Source: Candidatus Anderseniibacteriota bacterium (GTDB lineage: Bacteria > Patescibacteriota > Andersenbacteria > UBA10190). From it: a DNA stretch of 64,000 nucleotides. Below, piece by piece: positions 1 through 10,492 of the stretch (positions are counted from its first letter, which is position 1; every line of letters starts with the position of its first letter). Below the pieces are notes generated by a model. That model did not search any database and was not told where the DNA came from. It saw nothing but the letters and a program-made list of their open reading frames with translations. Both the position numbers and the translations under genes were made by a program. The stretch lies in assembly GCA_016197005.1 (NCBI GenBank), contig JACPWO010000004.1:6305-70304 (forward strand), in the 5' to 3' direction.

Positions 1-3000
1 GTCGATCACGTTGATGTAAAGGATTCTCAAGCATCATCAAATGACATTACTTGTCAGGCCTGTACGAATAGTGGTGGTAACGATAACGCGGAGGCATCCC
101 CTCATTGGGTATTCCAAGCTGGCGGCTCAATTACGGTAGCGGGAACAGTGTATTCTGATGAAGGATCAACTCCTTTAACAGGAGGAAAGACTGTCAGCGT
201 AGCAATTAATGGAGGAGTTGAAGCTTCGGGAGAGACAAATACAACTACTGGCGTCTATTCTATTACCTCACCGCCAACAACAGCTGGCGATGTAATGACA
301 ATATATTTAGAAAACGAAACAGAAGATGCGGTAACCGTAACCGTAAATGATGGTACCAATATGTCTGGAGTAGACCTGTATCAAAATAAGCTGATCACTC
401 GACATGATAATGCGGGTTCTCTTACCAATGCGAATCTATCTACGGCTCAGTTTGGAACTGGCGGCTCAACCGTGTTTAGTGATTTATTCACTACGGCTAG
501 CGATACGGCGCTTCTCTCTCACGCCCCAAATACTGGTACGAGTTGGACAAAGCTTCTTTCCTTCGGTAATACCACGGTCAATAATCTGACCGTAAAAGCA
601 GCGGACTATTTACAACGAGGAGGTGGTTCTGGGGCAGTAAATACCGGCTCTCTTTACACAGCCAACGCAACTTACCCTAGTGCCAATTACGAAGTAAGTG
701 TTCAGCAGGTTCAAGCTCAACCAGACGATGATTATAGTTCAATAGCTGCTCGCATTCAGGATGCTAATAACTTTTACGTATTTTGGTGGAGTGAAGGGGG
801 GGGTGCCCTGGGAAAAGTAGTGAGCGGTGCTTCCTCAAGCTTAGGCTCTACGGCAGTGTCTATCGCAGATGGAAGTATCGTAAAATTGCGAGTCGAAGGG
901 ACAAGTATACAGGTGTATGACGACAGCACGCTCCTCATTGATGCGACTGATAGTAGTATTACCGCTGCCGGAAAAGCTGGGGTTGGAATGGGGGCACTAA
1001 AGTCTAATCTCTTGCCTTCCGCTGACTTAACGTTGCAACGAGTTGATAGTTTCTCAGTAAAAACAATTGGTGAGGACGATATAACAGCAATCTATTCGGT
1101 GACAAACGGAGAACTTACGATGGTTAGTGGTAAAGAGCTTTTGGTATGGGGTGGTGATACATTTGCGCCAGGCGGTAAGATAAATGTTGATGATATTGAT
1201 ATCAACGGAACACTCACTTTGAGTTCAAACACTGCTAAAGTGAGTGGTTCGTGGGATGCGACAGGAGGATCATTTACGTCTTCTGGTAATGTTGTGTTTA
1301 CCTCTCCTAGTGATGAGACAATCATATCTGACGGTGATGCATTTAATAACGTGTATATAAATGACGGCTTAATTGGTTACTGGAAAATGGATGCTGGCAC
1401 TGGCACAACCGTTGTTGATTCCAGTGGGTATGGGTTTAATGGCACATTAACAAATTCTGCGGGTGGATGGACATCGTCTGCACCGTCAGTGAATTTTACT
1501 GATCCGTATGCTCTCGATTTTGACGGAACAGACGATTATGTGGATATAGCTGATACTGATACTTTAGATGTTGGCCCTACTGCTGATTTTACGATTTCGG
1601 GGTGGTTCAACCGAGATACATTCACAACAATGGACACAATCCTAGCTAAAAAAGAAAATACTGCTACAACACCAGGATATTTACTTTACATTCACGATAC
1701 ATTGGATGTGTTGGGATTTAAAGTTGCTGACGGTCTTACTGCATACAGCGTAACGTCAACCAGTACATTCACTTCAACTGGCTGGAATCATTTTGTGGTG
1801 GTCTGGGATCAAGATAGTTCGGCAAATACAAAAATGTATATCAATGGGGTTGCTGAGGGTACACCTAGCGGCACAATTGGAAATGTTGGTGACCTTAGTA
1901 ATTCATTGAGTTTACGATTTGGTACTGAATCTGACGATGGTAATCCATTTGATGGTAAACTAGACGACATCCGCATATACAACCGTGTCCTCACGGCGCA
2001 AGAAGTAAACTCTTTAGCCGTTGGCAATCAACCCGCCACCGAAAACACTGCTGCCTCTGAATTCACCCTTGAAGATACACTGGATGTCAACGGCAATCTT
2101 GTCCTTAACTCCGGAGAACTAGATACCAAATCCGGTGAAGATAACAGTATTACCCTCGCCGGTGAGTGGCATAACAACGGCGGTAAGTTCACTCCTAGAT
2201 CAGGAACGGTGACGTTGGATGGATCTTCTTCCTCGCAAGAAATACAATCTGGTGGTCAGAATTTTAACAATCTTACGGTGTCCGGTTCAGGAGGATGGAC
2301 GATGCACGATCGGCTTGAAGTGGATGGCGCCTTTGCCCAATCAGCCGGTACATTTTCAACGAGTTCAAGTAACTACAATATTCAGAGTGGCGACTGGGAT
2401 CAAACCGCCGGAACATTTAACCCCAACTCCTCTACCGTCACTCTCAAGAGTTCATCCAATCAAACCATTAACACTGATGACCCCTTCTACGATCTCCAGG
2501 TAGAAGACCCAACCCCGGCCAACCTCCTCGGTTACTGGAAGTTTGATGAAGGTCAAGGAACGTCAGCTTTTGACTCTTCCGGCAACGCTAGCACTGGTAC
2601 GCTTACTAATACTCCCCTGTGGACTGAAACCGTCAACTCTACTACTACCTATGACAATCCTTACTCTCTGGACTTTGACGGAACCGATGATTATGTCACT
2701 GCTGGCGACATTGCCGCCGTGGATACCGTCACCGCCTTAACCGTCTGTGCCTGGGTCTACCACGATACGGCCACAACTGATGACTCCATTGTATCCAAAA
2801 CTGCCTCGGCTACTCTCGCTACTGATGGCTTCATGCTCTTCCGTGATGATGTAGGCTCCGCCAGTGCTCGAACAGATACCTACAAATGGGGTGTTGGTGA
2901 CAGTGCTGATGGTGATTCGGTATATATTGAAGGCGCTACCAACGCCGGCACGGCCAGTGCCTGGCGTAATGTGTGCGGTACCTACACCGCCAGCAGTGCC

Positions 3001-3807
3001 ACTGGTCTGCGTCTCTACATTAATGGCGCTGAAGACGCCAACAGCCCCGCCAGTACCAGTAGTATTGCCGCCATTAACGGCGGTACGGCTGCTGTCCAAG
3101 TCGGTATGATTAGTACCAGCTCCATTCCTTTTGATGGAAAGATCGATGATGTGAGGATATATAGCTCCGCTCTCACCTCTACTCAGATTGCAGCTCTCGC
3201 CGCTGGCAAGTATGCCGATGGGAATACTTCCGTTGCTACCTTCACCCTCAACACCGCGCTTGATGTGAACCACGACCTCTATCTCCAATCTGGCATCTTA
3301 GATGTATCTGCTTCTAACTGTTCTTCAGCTTCCTGTGCTATCACTGACGCTCGCAACTGGAACAACTACGGCGGTACGAGTTCCTTAACTGCTCGAACCG
3401 GTACCGTAACCCTTGATGGAACAGATCAATCCGTAAATGGATCAACGACCTTCTATAATCTCACAAAGAATGAGAGTTCGAACAACGCAACAGATGAAAC
3501 GGTGACGATGCAGATTAATCAGACAACGACGGTAAGTAGCCGGTTTACACTCGAAGGTCGGGATAGTGATGATCGCATTAATATTGTTAGCAGTTCGGCC
3601 GGCACGAAGCACACGATTGATGTAACAGCAGGTCAACAAGTTACCCACTGGGTTGATGTAAAAGATTCGCAATCTTCAACTTCCAATATTGCCTGTCAGC
3701 AATGCGTAAATAGCGGCGGAAATGATGATGCGGATGCTGCTCCTCATTGGTTATTTGGGGAGGGCAGTGGACGCAATCGCCTCGTGAGGGCTTTGGCAAC
3801 AGATTAG
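1..3807 (+). CDS. Giant secreted/surface protein with LamG/ConA-like lectin domains, 5'-truncated by the window edge
   Basis: Frame is open from base 1 (VDHVDVKDSQASSNDITCQACTNSGG...). Two LamG-like modules (GLIGYWKMD...FDGKLDDIRIYNRVL; LLGYWKFDEG...FDGKIDDVRIYSSAL) sit in a Thr/Ser/Gly/Asn-rich beta scaffold. Confidence 0.85.
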   Translation, partial: VDHVDVKDSQASSNDITCQACTNSGGNDNAEASPHWVFQAGGSITVAGTVYSDEGSTPLTGGKTVSVAINGGVEASGETNTTTGVYSITSPPTTAGDVMTIYLENETEDAVTVTVNDGTNMSGVDLYQNKLITRHDNAGSLTNANLSTAQFGTGGSTVFSDLFTTASDTALLSHAPNTGTSWTKLLSFGNTTVNNLTVKAADYLQRGGGSGAVNTGSLYTANATYPSANYEVSVQQVQAQPDDDYSSIAARIQDANNFYVFWWSEGGGALGKVVSGASSSLGSTAVSIADGSIVKLRVEGTSIQVYDDSTLLIDATDSSITAAGKAGVGMGALKSNLLPSADLTLQRVDSFSVKTIGEDDITAIYSVTNGELTMVSGKELLVWGGDTFAPGGKINVDDIDINGTLTLSSNTAKVSGSWDATGGSFTSSGNVVFTSPSDETIISDGDAFNNVYINDGLIGYWKMDAGTGTTVVDSSGYGFNGTLTNSAGGWTSSAPSVNFTDPYALDFDGTDDYVDIADTDTLDVGPTADFTISGWFNRDTFTTMDTILAKKENTATTPGYLLYIHDTLDVLGFKVADGLTAYSVTSTSTFTSTGWNHFVVVWDQDSSANTKMYINGVAEGTPSGTIGNVGDLSNSLSLRFGTESDDGNPFDGKLDDIRIYNRVLTAQEVNSLAVGNQPATENTAASEFTLEDTLDVNGNLVLNSGELDTKSGEDNSITLAGEWHNNGGKFTPRSGTVTLDGSSSSQEIQSGGQNFNNLTVSGSGGWTMHDRLEVDGAFAQSAGTFSTSSSNYNIQSGDWDQTAGTFNPNSSTVTLKSSSNQTINTDDPFYDLQVEDPTPANLLGYWKFDEGQGTSAFDSSGNASTGTLTNTPLWTETVNSTTTYDNPYSLDFDGTDDYVTAGDIAAVDTVTALTVCAWVYHDTATTDDSIVSKTASATLATDGFMLFRDDVGSASARTDTYKWGVGDSADGDSVYIEGATNAGTASAWRNVCGTYTASSATGLRLYINGAEDANSPASTSSIAAINGGTAAVQVGMISTSSIPFDGKIDDVRIYSSALTSTQIAALAAGKYADGNTSVATFTLNTALDVNHDLYLQSGILDVSASNCSSASCAITDARNWNNYGGTSSLTARTGTVTLDGTDQSVNGSTTFYNLTKNESSNNATDETVTMQINQTTTVSSRFTLEGRDSDDRINIVSSSAGTKHTIDVTAGQQVTHWVDVKDSQSSTSNIACQQCVNSGGNDDADAAPHWLFGEGSGRNRLVRALATD

Positions 3808-3839
3808 CCGTTAAGGCTCTTTTGTGATACTAGGAAGCC

Positions 3840-6572
3840 ATGGTTAAGAAGGCGAAGATTGCTCTCATTGATGCTAACGCGCTCATCCACCGCGCGTATC
3901 ACGCGTTGCCACCTATGAGCACAAAAGATGGGCTCCCAACGCATGCGGTATTTGGTTTTACGAGTATGCTGCTCAAAATGTTTACTACGCTGAAACCAAC
4001 CCATGCTGTGGCTGCCTTTGATGTGAAAGGAAAAACATTTCGACACAAGAAATTTGCTGCGTATAAAGCCCATCGTAAAAAGACACCAGAGGACCTTATT
4101 GAGCAGTTTCCGATCGTAAAAGAAGTGCTGGCTGCCTTTGGTATTCCTATTATTGAAAAAGCTGGGTATGAGGCTGATGACATTATTGGAACGCTCGTAA
4201 AACGGATCGATGGTAGTACCAAGAAGATTATTGTCACCGGGGACAAAGATGCACTCCAGTTGGTGGACCAACTGACGAGTGTATTTACCTCTAAGCGTGG
4301 GGTAACAGATACGATTCTGTATACGCCGGAACTAGTACGAGAACATTTTGGCTTTGGGCCAGAACATATTGTTGATTACAAAGGACTACGTGGAGATCCC
4401 TCGGATAATATTCCAGGAGTAGCTGGGGTGGGAGATAAAACGGCCAAAGACGTGATCATTCAATTTGGGTCGGTAGAAAATATTTATAAGCATTTAGATG
4501 ATATTCCCGCTCGAGCGAAGAAGCGCTTAGAAGGGAAGCAAAAAGAGGCTCTTTTGAGCAAAGATCTGGCAACGATAGATAGAGATGTTCCTATATCTTT
4601 TCAGCTACAAGATGCTTCTTTAGATAGATATAATCCCACTGCCATTCAAGACCTATTTGCTCGTCTCGGGTTTCGCAGTCTCATGCAGCGCCTTCCTCAG
4701 CAGGCTCAAAGTCAGCCCACACTCTTTAGTAAAGGAGCAGCAATAAATGTAGTTACGTTGCCAGAAAATTATCATCTAGCGGCAACTGAAGAAGAAAAGA
4801 AAGAATTGCAGAAATTGCTTCGAAAACAAAAGTTTATTGCATTTGATACTGAAAATGATTCTCTAGGTGCGCGCATATATCCGATAGTAGGATTCAGTGT
4901 TGCCTTCCGGGTAGAAGGAAATATTCAGGCGTACTACGTCCCGGTTACTCGTGATTCAGTTAGAGAGTGGAAAGACATTTTAGAGGATCCGACCATTCAA
5001 AAGACTGGTCATAATATTAAATATGACATTGAAGTTTTAGCTCAATCGGGTATTCATTTGCGGGGTGTTGCCTTTGATTCCATGATTGCTGGGTATCTTT
5101 TAAGTCCAGGAACACGCCAGTACAACATGGACAGTATGGCAATGGAGGAACTAGGACACCGAACCATACCTATCATCGATCTCATTGGTACGGGAAAAGA
5201 CCAAAAAAAGATGTCAGAGGTTCCCTTACCTGAGTTGGCGCGCTATGCGGCTGAGGATGCAGATATAACACTACAGTTGTACGAGAAATTAGAGCCACGT
5301 ATTAAAAAAGAAGGACTAACGAGGGTTATGGAGGAAATTGAAATTCCCCTGATTCCGGTTCTTGTAGCATTAGAACTCAATGGTGTGGCAGTCGATACAA
5401 AAAAGTTGTCCGAACTTCAAAAAGTGGTCTCGCACGGGATCAAGAAATATGAACAAGAAATATGGAAAGTAGCGGGGTCAAAATTTAACATAAATTCTAC
5501 TCGTCAACTTCGGGAAGTGCTGTATGTAAAGCTCAAGCTTCCAACGGTTGGTATAAAGCGGACACAATCAGGGTTTTCAACTGCCGCTCCAGAGCTTGCT
5601 AAGCTCCATGGGACGCATGAGGTTATTAACTATATTGAGCATTACCGTGAACTGACGAAACTTAAGAATACATATATCGACACATTGCCGGAGTTAGTCG
5701 ATAAAAAAACAGGCAGAATTTACGGGCAGTTTAATCAGGTGGTTGCGGCTACCGGACGTCTTTCCTCCCAGGATCCAAATTTACAAAATATTCCGGCCCG
5801 AACGGAGCTTGGGCAAGAAATTCGTACTGCATTTATAGCCGCCAAAGGAAACGTGCTCGTTAAAGCTGATTACTCACAGATTGAGCTGCGGCTCGCAGCT
5901 CACATGTCGCAAGACGAAAAGATGCTGCAAGTATTTCGTGACGGCGGAGATATTCATCGGGCTACAGCCGCTTGGGTATATGGCATCGAGCCAGAAAAAG
6001 TTTCTGATCAACAGCGACGACAAGCAAAAACCCTTAATTTCGGTGTGCTGTATGGTATGGGCTCAATGGCCTTCGCTAGGGCCGCTGATATTAGTGTTGA
6101 AGAAGCCCAGTCTTTCATTGGTCGCTATCGCGAGCAGTACAATAGGCTCACGGCATACATTCAAGAGATACTGACCTTTGCATCCGAACATGGCTATGTT
6201 GAGACGCTTCTAGGTCGCAAGCGATACGTCCCGGAGCTTGAATCTAATAACCCGCAGGTACGGGCCGCTGCTGAGCGCGCTGCGTTCAACTTTCCCCTGC
6301 AAGGCACTGCAGCCGATATTATTAAGAAGGCAATGATTGAACTTCAACGAGATATTGAGAAAAACTTTCCTGATGCCAGGATGGTCTTAACAGTGCACGA
6401 CGAACTGGTGGTTGAAGTGTCCGAAAGGAAAGCAACAGTGTTTGCTAAGACGATGAAGAAAATAATGGAAGAGGTAATAACACTTGATGTTCCACTTATT
6501 GTTGATGTAGCGAAAGGGCGAAATTGGCGAGATATGCAGCCAATCAAAAATGGTAGAAAAAGTGACAAGTAA
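3840..6572 (+). CDS. polA: DNA polymerase I
   Basis: 5'-3' exonuclease N-terminus (LIDANALIHRAYHA, EADDIIGT); polymerase motifs ADYSQIELR, AKTLNFGVLYG, VHDEL. Confidence 0.98.
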   Translation: MVKKAKIALIDANALIHRAYHALPPMSTKDGLPTHAVFGFTSMLLKMFTTLKPTHAVAAFDVKGKTFRHKKFAAYKAHRKKTPEDLIEQFPIVKEVLAAFGIPIIEKAGYEADDIIGTLVKRIDGSTKKIIVTGDKDALQLVDQLTSVFTSKRGVTDTILYTPELVREHFGFGPEHIVDYKGLRGDPSDNIPGVAGVGDKTAKDVIIQFGSVENIYKHLDDIPARAKKRLEGKQKEALLSKDLATIDRDVPISFQLQDASLDRYNPTAIQDLFARLGFRSLMQRLPQQAQSQPTLFSKGAAINVVTLPENYHLAATEEEKKELQKLLRKQKFIAFDTENDSLGARIYPIVGFSVAFRVEGNIQAYYVPVTRDSVREWKDILEDPTIQKTGHNIKYDIEVLAQSGIHLRGVAFDSMIAGYLLSPGTRQYNMDSMAMEELGHRTIPIIDLIGTGKDQKKMSEVPLPELARYAAEDADITLQLYEKLEPRIKKEGLTRVMEEIEIPLIPVLVALELNGVAVDTKKLSELQKVVSHGIKKYEQEIWKVAGSKFNINSTRQLREVLYVKLKLPTVGIKRTQSGFSTAAPELAKLHGTHEVINYIEHYRELTKLKNTYIDTLPELVDKKTGRIYGQFNQVVAATGRLSSQDPNLQNIPARTELGQEIRTAFIAAKGNVLVKADYSQIELRLAAHMSQDEKMLQVFRDGGDIHRATAAWVYGIEPEKVSDQQRRQAKTLNFGVLYGMGSMAFARAADISVEEAQSFIGRYREQYNRLTAYIQEILTFASEHGYVETLLGRKRYVPELESNNPQVRAAAERAAFNFPLQGTAADIIKKAMIELQRDIEKNFPDARMVLTVHDELVVEVSERKATVFAKTMKKIMEEVITLDVPLIVDVAKGRNWRDMQPIKNGRKSDK

Positions 6573-6592
6573 GATAATTGTGGTATGGTGAA

Positions 6593-6912
6593 ATGATCGC
6601 AAGAGGCGGTCATCTGTTCATTCCGCCAGGCATGCATTGAAGCATGCCTACGCATCCTTATTAACCCGGGAGTGAATCCCGATGTGGTTTCGAGACTTTG
6701 GAAGTAGGCACTTTCGAAAAAGATCCTCACGAATGCACTGGCGCAGGAAGTATCATTGCCGTCGAATGATACGGGGAAGGAGGTGGTCCTAAGCTCTACG
6801 GCGTCTCCCCAGGTGGATGGGAGTGACACCAAACTTTGTTTAGCCCGAGGCGCCTATGCGCTGAAACCACTTAGGAACTCTAGGCAGTCTGTGCGTTCAC
6901 AGGCTGCCTTTC
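6593..6912 (+). ncRNA. Putative structured non-coding RNA, family not recognised
   Basis: Gap between convergent genes filled with stems (6628-6649, 6667-6681, 6750-6772, long-range 6684-6691/6863-6870) and ending in a terminator hairpin; strand inferred. Confidence 0.55.
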
Positions 6913-6914
6913 TC
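6882..6914. terminator. Intrinsic terminator, probably bidirectional
   Basis: AGGCAGTCTGTG-cgtt-CACAGGCTGCCT followed by TTCTCTT. Confidence 0.7.
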
Positions 6915-7946
6915 TTACTCTGAAAATTTCTCAGCACAGGCGTTTGAAGCTTGGACTTGTTTATTATATTGCTCGATTGTTTTTGCCAGTGCTGTTGAGC
7001 CGCTATTTAACTGGTTGACCTGGTCATTGTATTTCTTTTGCTCTACTTCGTATGTAGCTGCTTGTTTATCTGCTTCTAAGCGCAATTGCTTTCCTTCCTC
7101 TTGGAGCTGCTTTCCTTTATCCCAGTGTGGTTGCGCCTGATCGGTATTACCTGTTTCTTCATATACGTGGTTTCCCTTCTCGATTTCTGCATTCCCTTCT
7201 TCTATCTTTCTGGCTGCTTCTTCGAATAGTTGTTTAATTTCGTTGCTGCGAACAGTCAGATAAGCGGAGCTGGTTTTGAGTTCTTTATCTAATGAATCCA
7301 GTCGTGCTCTTTCTTTATCAATGGTGGTTTTAAGTGTTGGTTCAGGTAACGGGCAGGCCGAGGCGGGAGTGGCAAATGTTTGGACAGCCAGCCAAGTGTG
7401 ATCGCCTTCAAACATCCCTTGCCCAACCGCAATACCAATTTCCGTAAAACCGGCCGATAGCATATTTGCCCTATGTCCGGGTGAATCCATCCACGCTTGT
7501 ACCAGCGCCTGATCAGATTCAAAGTTTCCGAGGGCTAAGTTTTCGCCAACACGGATGTACAAGTAGCCAACGCCTTCTACTACTTCAGCTGGGCCTTCGC
7601 CCGTTGGCGATTGGTGTTCAAAATATTGTCTGGCAAACATATCCTCCAGCTTATTTTCTGCTGCCATATCAAGGGTAGTATTGCGAGTAAGAGCTTGTTT
7701 GCCGTCAGCTGTCCGGTGTTGGTTAGTAAACGTAAAAACCCCGTCGGCGGTAAGAGTAGTTTGTTGTTGACTGAAGGGGCCACGAAGTGGAGGCGGAGTT
7801 ATGACCTCACGAGAGAGAGGAAGAAGGCTAGTCCCTGCTTCAAAATCTTTTAACAACTCACCAACATTACCCTGGTAGTAATACCAGCCTAAGACTCCAC
7901 TTCCGCCGAGAATAAGGAGAAAGGCAATAAGAAGACGAGAGCTCAT
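6915..7946 (-). CDS. CAP/SCP-domain extracellular protein with C-terminal coiled coil
   Basis: N-terminal TM; motifs YFEHQSP, GENLA, WMDSPGHRANML. Confidence 0.9.
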   Translation of the reverse strand: MSSRLLIAFLLILGGSGVLGWYYYQGNVGELLKDFEAGTSLLPLSREVITPPPLRGPFSQQQTTLTADGVFTFTNQHRTADGKQALTRNTTLDMAAENKLEDMFARQYFEHQSPTGEGPAEVVEGVGYLYIRVGENLALGNFESDQALVQAWMDSPGHRANMLSAGFTEIGIAVGQGMFEGDHTWLAVQTFATPASACPLPEPTLKTTIDKERARLDSLDKELKTSSAYLTVRSNEIKQLFEEAARKIEEGNAEIEKGNHVYEETGNTDQAQPHWDKGKQLQEEGKQLRLEADKQAATYEVEQKKYNDQVNQLNSGSTALAKTIEQYNKQVQASNACAEKFSE

Positions 7947-7995
7947 AGATTAAGTGTATTGGTTTTCGTGCGCTTGAAACAATATAATTAGCTTA

Positions 7996-10314
7996 ATGCC
8001 TGAAAACCGCGAACATATTTCCGTCGAACCTGAAATTCCAGAGGTAGAAGCAAATTCTTTTTTGGGTGGGATAGAAAAAGACAATGAGGATATTGAAATA
8101 TTATCTCATGAACGGGCAAATGAATCGTTGCCAAAAGACGTTGTCAGTGGAGCGCGACGTCAGATTGATATGGTCTATTACAACAAAGACGAAAAATACT
8201 GGCATCGTATGATGAAGGATGATCCTGATTTTTATAAAATCATTCATGAGCCAGGTGCTTACGAGCAACTCCGTCCGATTCAGGGACAATTGGAGTCAGG
8301 TAAAACATTTAATGATTTATTTCGATGGGCGGGGGATTCAGTAGTAGATGGATCAGACCGATGGAACAGAGTTACCGGACTTCGTGCTTTTTCTTTTGGC
8401 TTATTTAAACACGTAAATCCTGACCACAAGAAAGAAGCAGAGCTTACTGCCGACGCTCTTTCATACTCTCGTTTAGCGGATGAAGCGTTTTTAGAAAGTA
8501 ATCGAATACTTGAGAGCGGAAGATGGGAGAGGATTGCAAAGCCGCAAAAGGATGTAAATACATCCAGGGCACTAGACAAAAAAGAAGTTCCATTGGCGAA
8601 ACACATACCAACTCAGGAGCAGACAAAAAAATTGTCGTATCAGCCAGAAGTTTTTCAAAAAGATGAAAAAATTTACAACCCCCGAAAGCCGGAGTCATCT
8701 GAACGGGGGTTAGGTAGGAACGAGAGATGGAAGTTGGGATTCGAAAAATTAAATGGGGACGCAGATCATGATAAGCCAATCGCCGATCGACGAGAGGCTC
8801 TTCGTAAAATATTTGATCCTAAGAGCGGATATGATGATTTACAAAAGGAAACTTGGGCGAGAGCAAGGCAGACATTAGAAAAGCTAGAAGCAAGTCCGGA
8901 TACATCGTCTCTTATGAGACGGAAAATGGATCCTCAGACATTTGCTCGTGCTCAGGAGTTATTGCAGCAAATGGAACAAGGAGAAAAAAGTTTTATTGAT
9001 GTTGTACAAGCTACAGAATCGGTGAGTGATGCCAAAGCATTGCGTTTAATAGGTATGTCTTTCTTGGAAATTGGGTATGGTCAGGCTGGTACAAAAAACT
9101 TTGTGGAACTCCCAGAAATGAATAAAGGGATGGTCAGGGTAGGAGAAATCATTGGTCTTGAAGCAGAAAGAAAAATAATTGAACGTATGGCAAGTGCCGG
9201 AAAGCTGACACCAGACAAAGCAGCTGCCGCTCAAAAAAGATATTTTCAACTAGCAAACAGTGACGATATTCCTCGAGCATTTCAGAAGAGATTTTTAAAT
9301 GTTGAACAAAAATTGCGCGAGAAGTTTAACTTAGGAGAGTTGCATCTTAAAGAAACACAACCACTTCCTGAAGCAGCTGTCTCTGAAGGTGTGTCGCAGT
9401 CTGAATCTGAAACTGTTGCTTCAGAAACTGTGACAGTAGAGCACCTTGAAGCATCCGATGAGCAAATTCGAGAAGCGGTAGCGCCATTCGTAAATGAGCA
9501 ATGGATTCCAAATCAGCAAGGTAGGCAGGAAGTTCAGAATTTTTTGAATGATGTTGGTGAACATATGGAATACGCTATGTACATTACTGATACCAAATCA
9601 TTGCCAGGAAAACTGACGGCCTTGGTTGAAAAGATAGTCCATCGTCCTGCTCTTCATCGAAAAATATTTGGTTGGACAGGAATGGTCCGCTCTATCTTTA
9701 TGCGTAAAGAAGCAAACCGACAAATGGCTCAAGTTCGAGGCTGGGTCTTTAATGTCCTAAAGGGGGCGGAAGCATCTTCGGGTAACCCATTGTGGGGTAA
9801 ATATGCGGAGCTTTTAGCAGAAGCCAATCGTCGTGAGCCGCAGAAGACAACGTTGGATCCTGAGACAGAACAGATAATAGATAAGGGGCAAGAATTAGAA
9901 GCAGAAGTCATGGAAGGCGCATATGAAGCATCGGCCTCAACACCCTTTAACAATTCTACAAACGAAGATGAGATCATTGACTTAGTACAAATTGGAGAAA
10001 AGAAATATGCTCCGGCTGGATATGTTGAAAAAACGTCGGAGCGGAAAGAAGCTAGCTCAAACAATAACGAATCTCGTACTTTCCTGGAAGATCTTGTTGT
10101 GTGGCGAAGGAGTAATCCCAGTGTCGAAAGTTTAGACGCTTGGCGACTTCTAGCTTCGGATGAAGCAGAAAGTAGTTTTCGACAAGCACTGGTGTATGCT
10201 CGAGAACGACTAGGAAGTGAAAATATGGACGAAGAAGAGTTGTGGCGATTAATTGGTCAGCAGGCAGGAGTTATCCGGCGTTCTAAACCAAAGCCAGCTA
10301 AGAAAGCCGCGTAA
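7996..10314 (+). CDS. Large charged hypothetical protein (772 aa)
   Basis: Long ORF with TATAAT 7 nt before the ATG; no recognised motif. Confidence 0.8.
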   Translation: MPENREHISVEPEIPEVEANSFLGGIEKDNEDIEILSHERANESLPKDVVSGARRQIDMVYYNKDEKYWHRMMKDDPDFYKIIHEPGAYEQLRPIQGQLESGKTFNDLFRWAGDSVVDGSDRWNRVTGLRAFSFGLFKHVNPDHKKEAELTADALSYSRLADEAFLESNRILESGRWERIAKPQKDVNTSRALDKKEVPLAKHIPTQEQTKKLSYQPEVFQKDEKIYNPRKPESSERGLGRNERWKLGFEKLNGDADHDKPIADRREALRKIFDPKSGYDDLQKETWARARQTLEKLEASPDTSSLMRRKMDPQTFARAQELLQQMEQGEKSFIDVVQATESVSDAKALRLIGMSFLEIGYGQAGTKNFVELPEMNKGMVRVGEIIGLEAERKIIERMASAGKLTPDKAAAAQKRYFQLANSDDIPRAFQKRFLNVEQKLREKFNLGELHLKETQPLPEAAVSEGVSQSESETVASETVTVEHLEASDEQIREAVAPFVNEQWIPNQQGRQEVQNFLNDVGEHMEYAMYITDTKSLPGKLTALVEKIVHRPALHRKIFGWTGMVRSIFMRKEANRQMAQVRGWVFNVLKGAEASSGNPLWGKYAELLAEANRREPQKTTLDPETEQIIDKGQELEAEVMEGAYEASASTPFNNSTNEDEIIDLVQIGEKKYAPAGYVEKTSERKEASSNNNESRTFLEDLVVWRRSNPSVESLDAWRLLASDEAESSFRQALVYARERLGSENMDEEELWRLIGQQAGVIRRSKPKPAKKAA

Positions 10315-10438
10315 ATTTTATGAACTCTTTTGAAATTTCCAGAATTATACGAATCTCCGGAATAGAAATAATTAGAAGAAGTTGATCGATCTCGATCATT
10401 GCTTGTTGCGGAAGGGGCGGTATAGATAGGAAGTAGAC

Positions 10439-10475
10439 AAAAAGAAACCGCGATCTCTCAAGCGAGAAACCGCGG
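10439..10475 (-). terminator. Putative intrinsic terminator
   Basis: CCGCG...CGCGG stem followed by a T-rich tract on the minus strand. Confidence 0.45.
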
Positions 10476-10492
10476 CGAATAAATACAAAAGA

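Noticed and set aside
1360-3200. Similarity between the two LamG modules as a second VR/TR pair
   Set aside because: Differences are not adenine-specific and both copies are coding; ordinary domain duplication.
6344-6832. 162-aa minus-strand ORF across the polA end and structured region
   Set aside because: Overlaps polA antisense and has no protein-like motif; RNA structure explains the region better.
6593-6912. Assigning the structured region to tmRNA, RNase P or tRNA
   Set aside because: No tRNA-like ends, T-loop or GAGGAAAGUC-type RNase P core found on either strand by eye.
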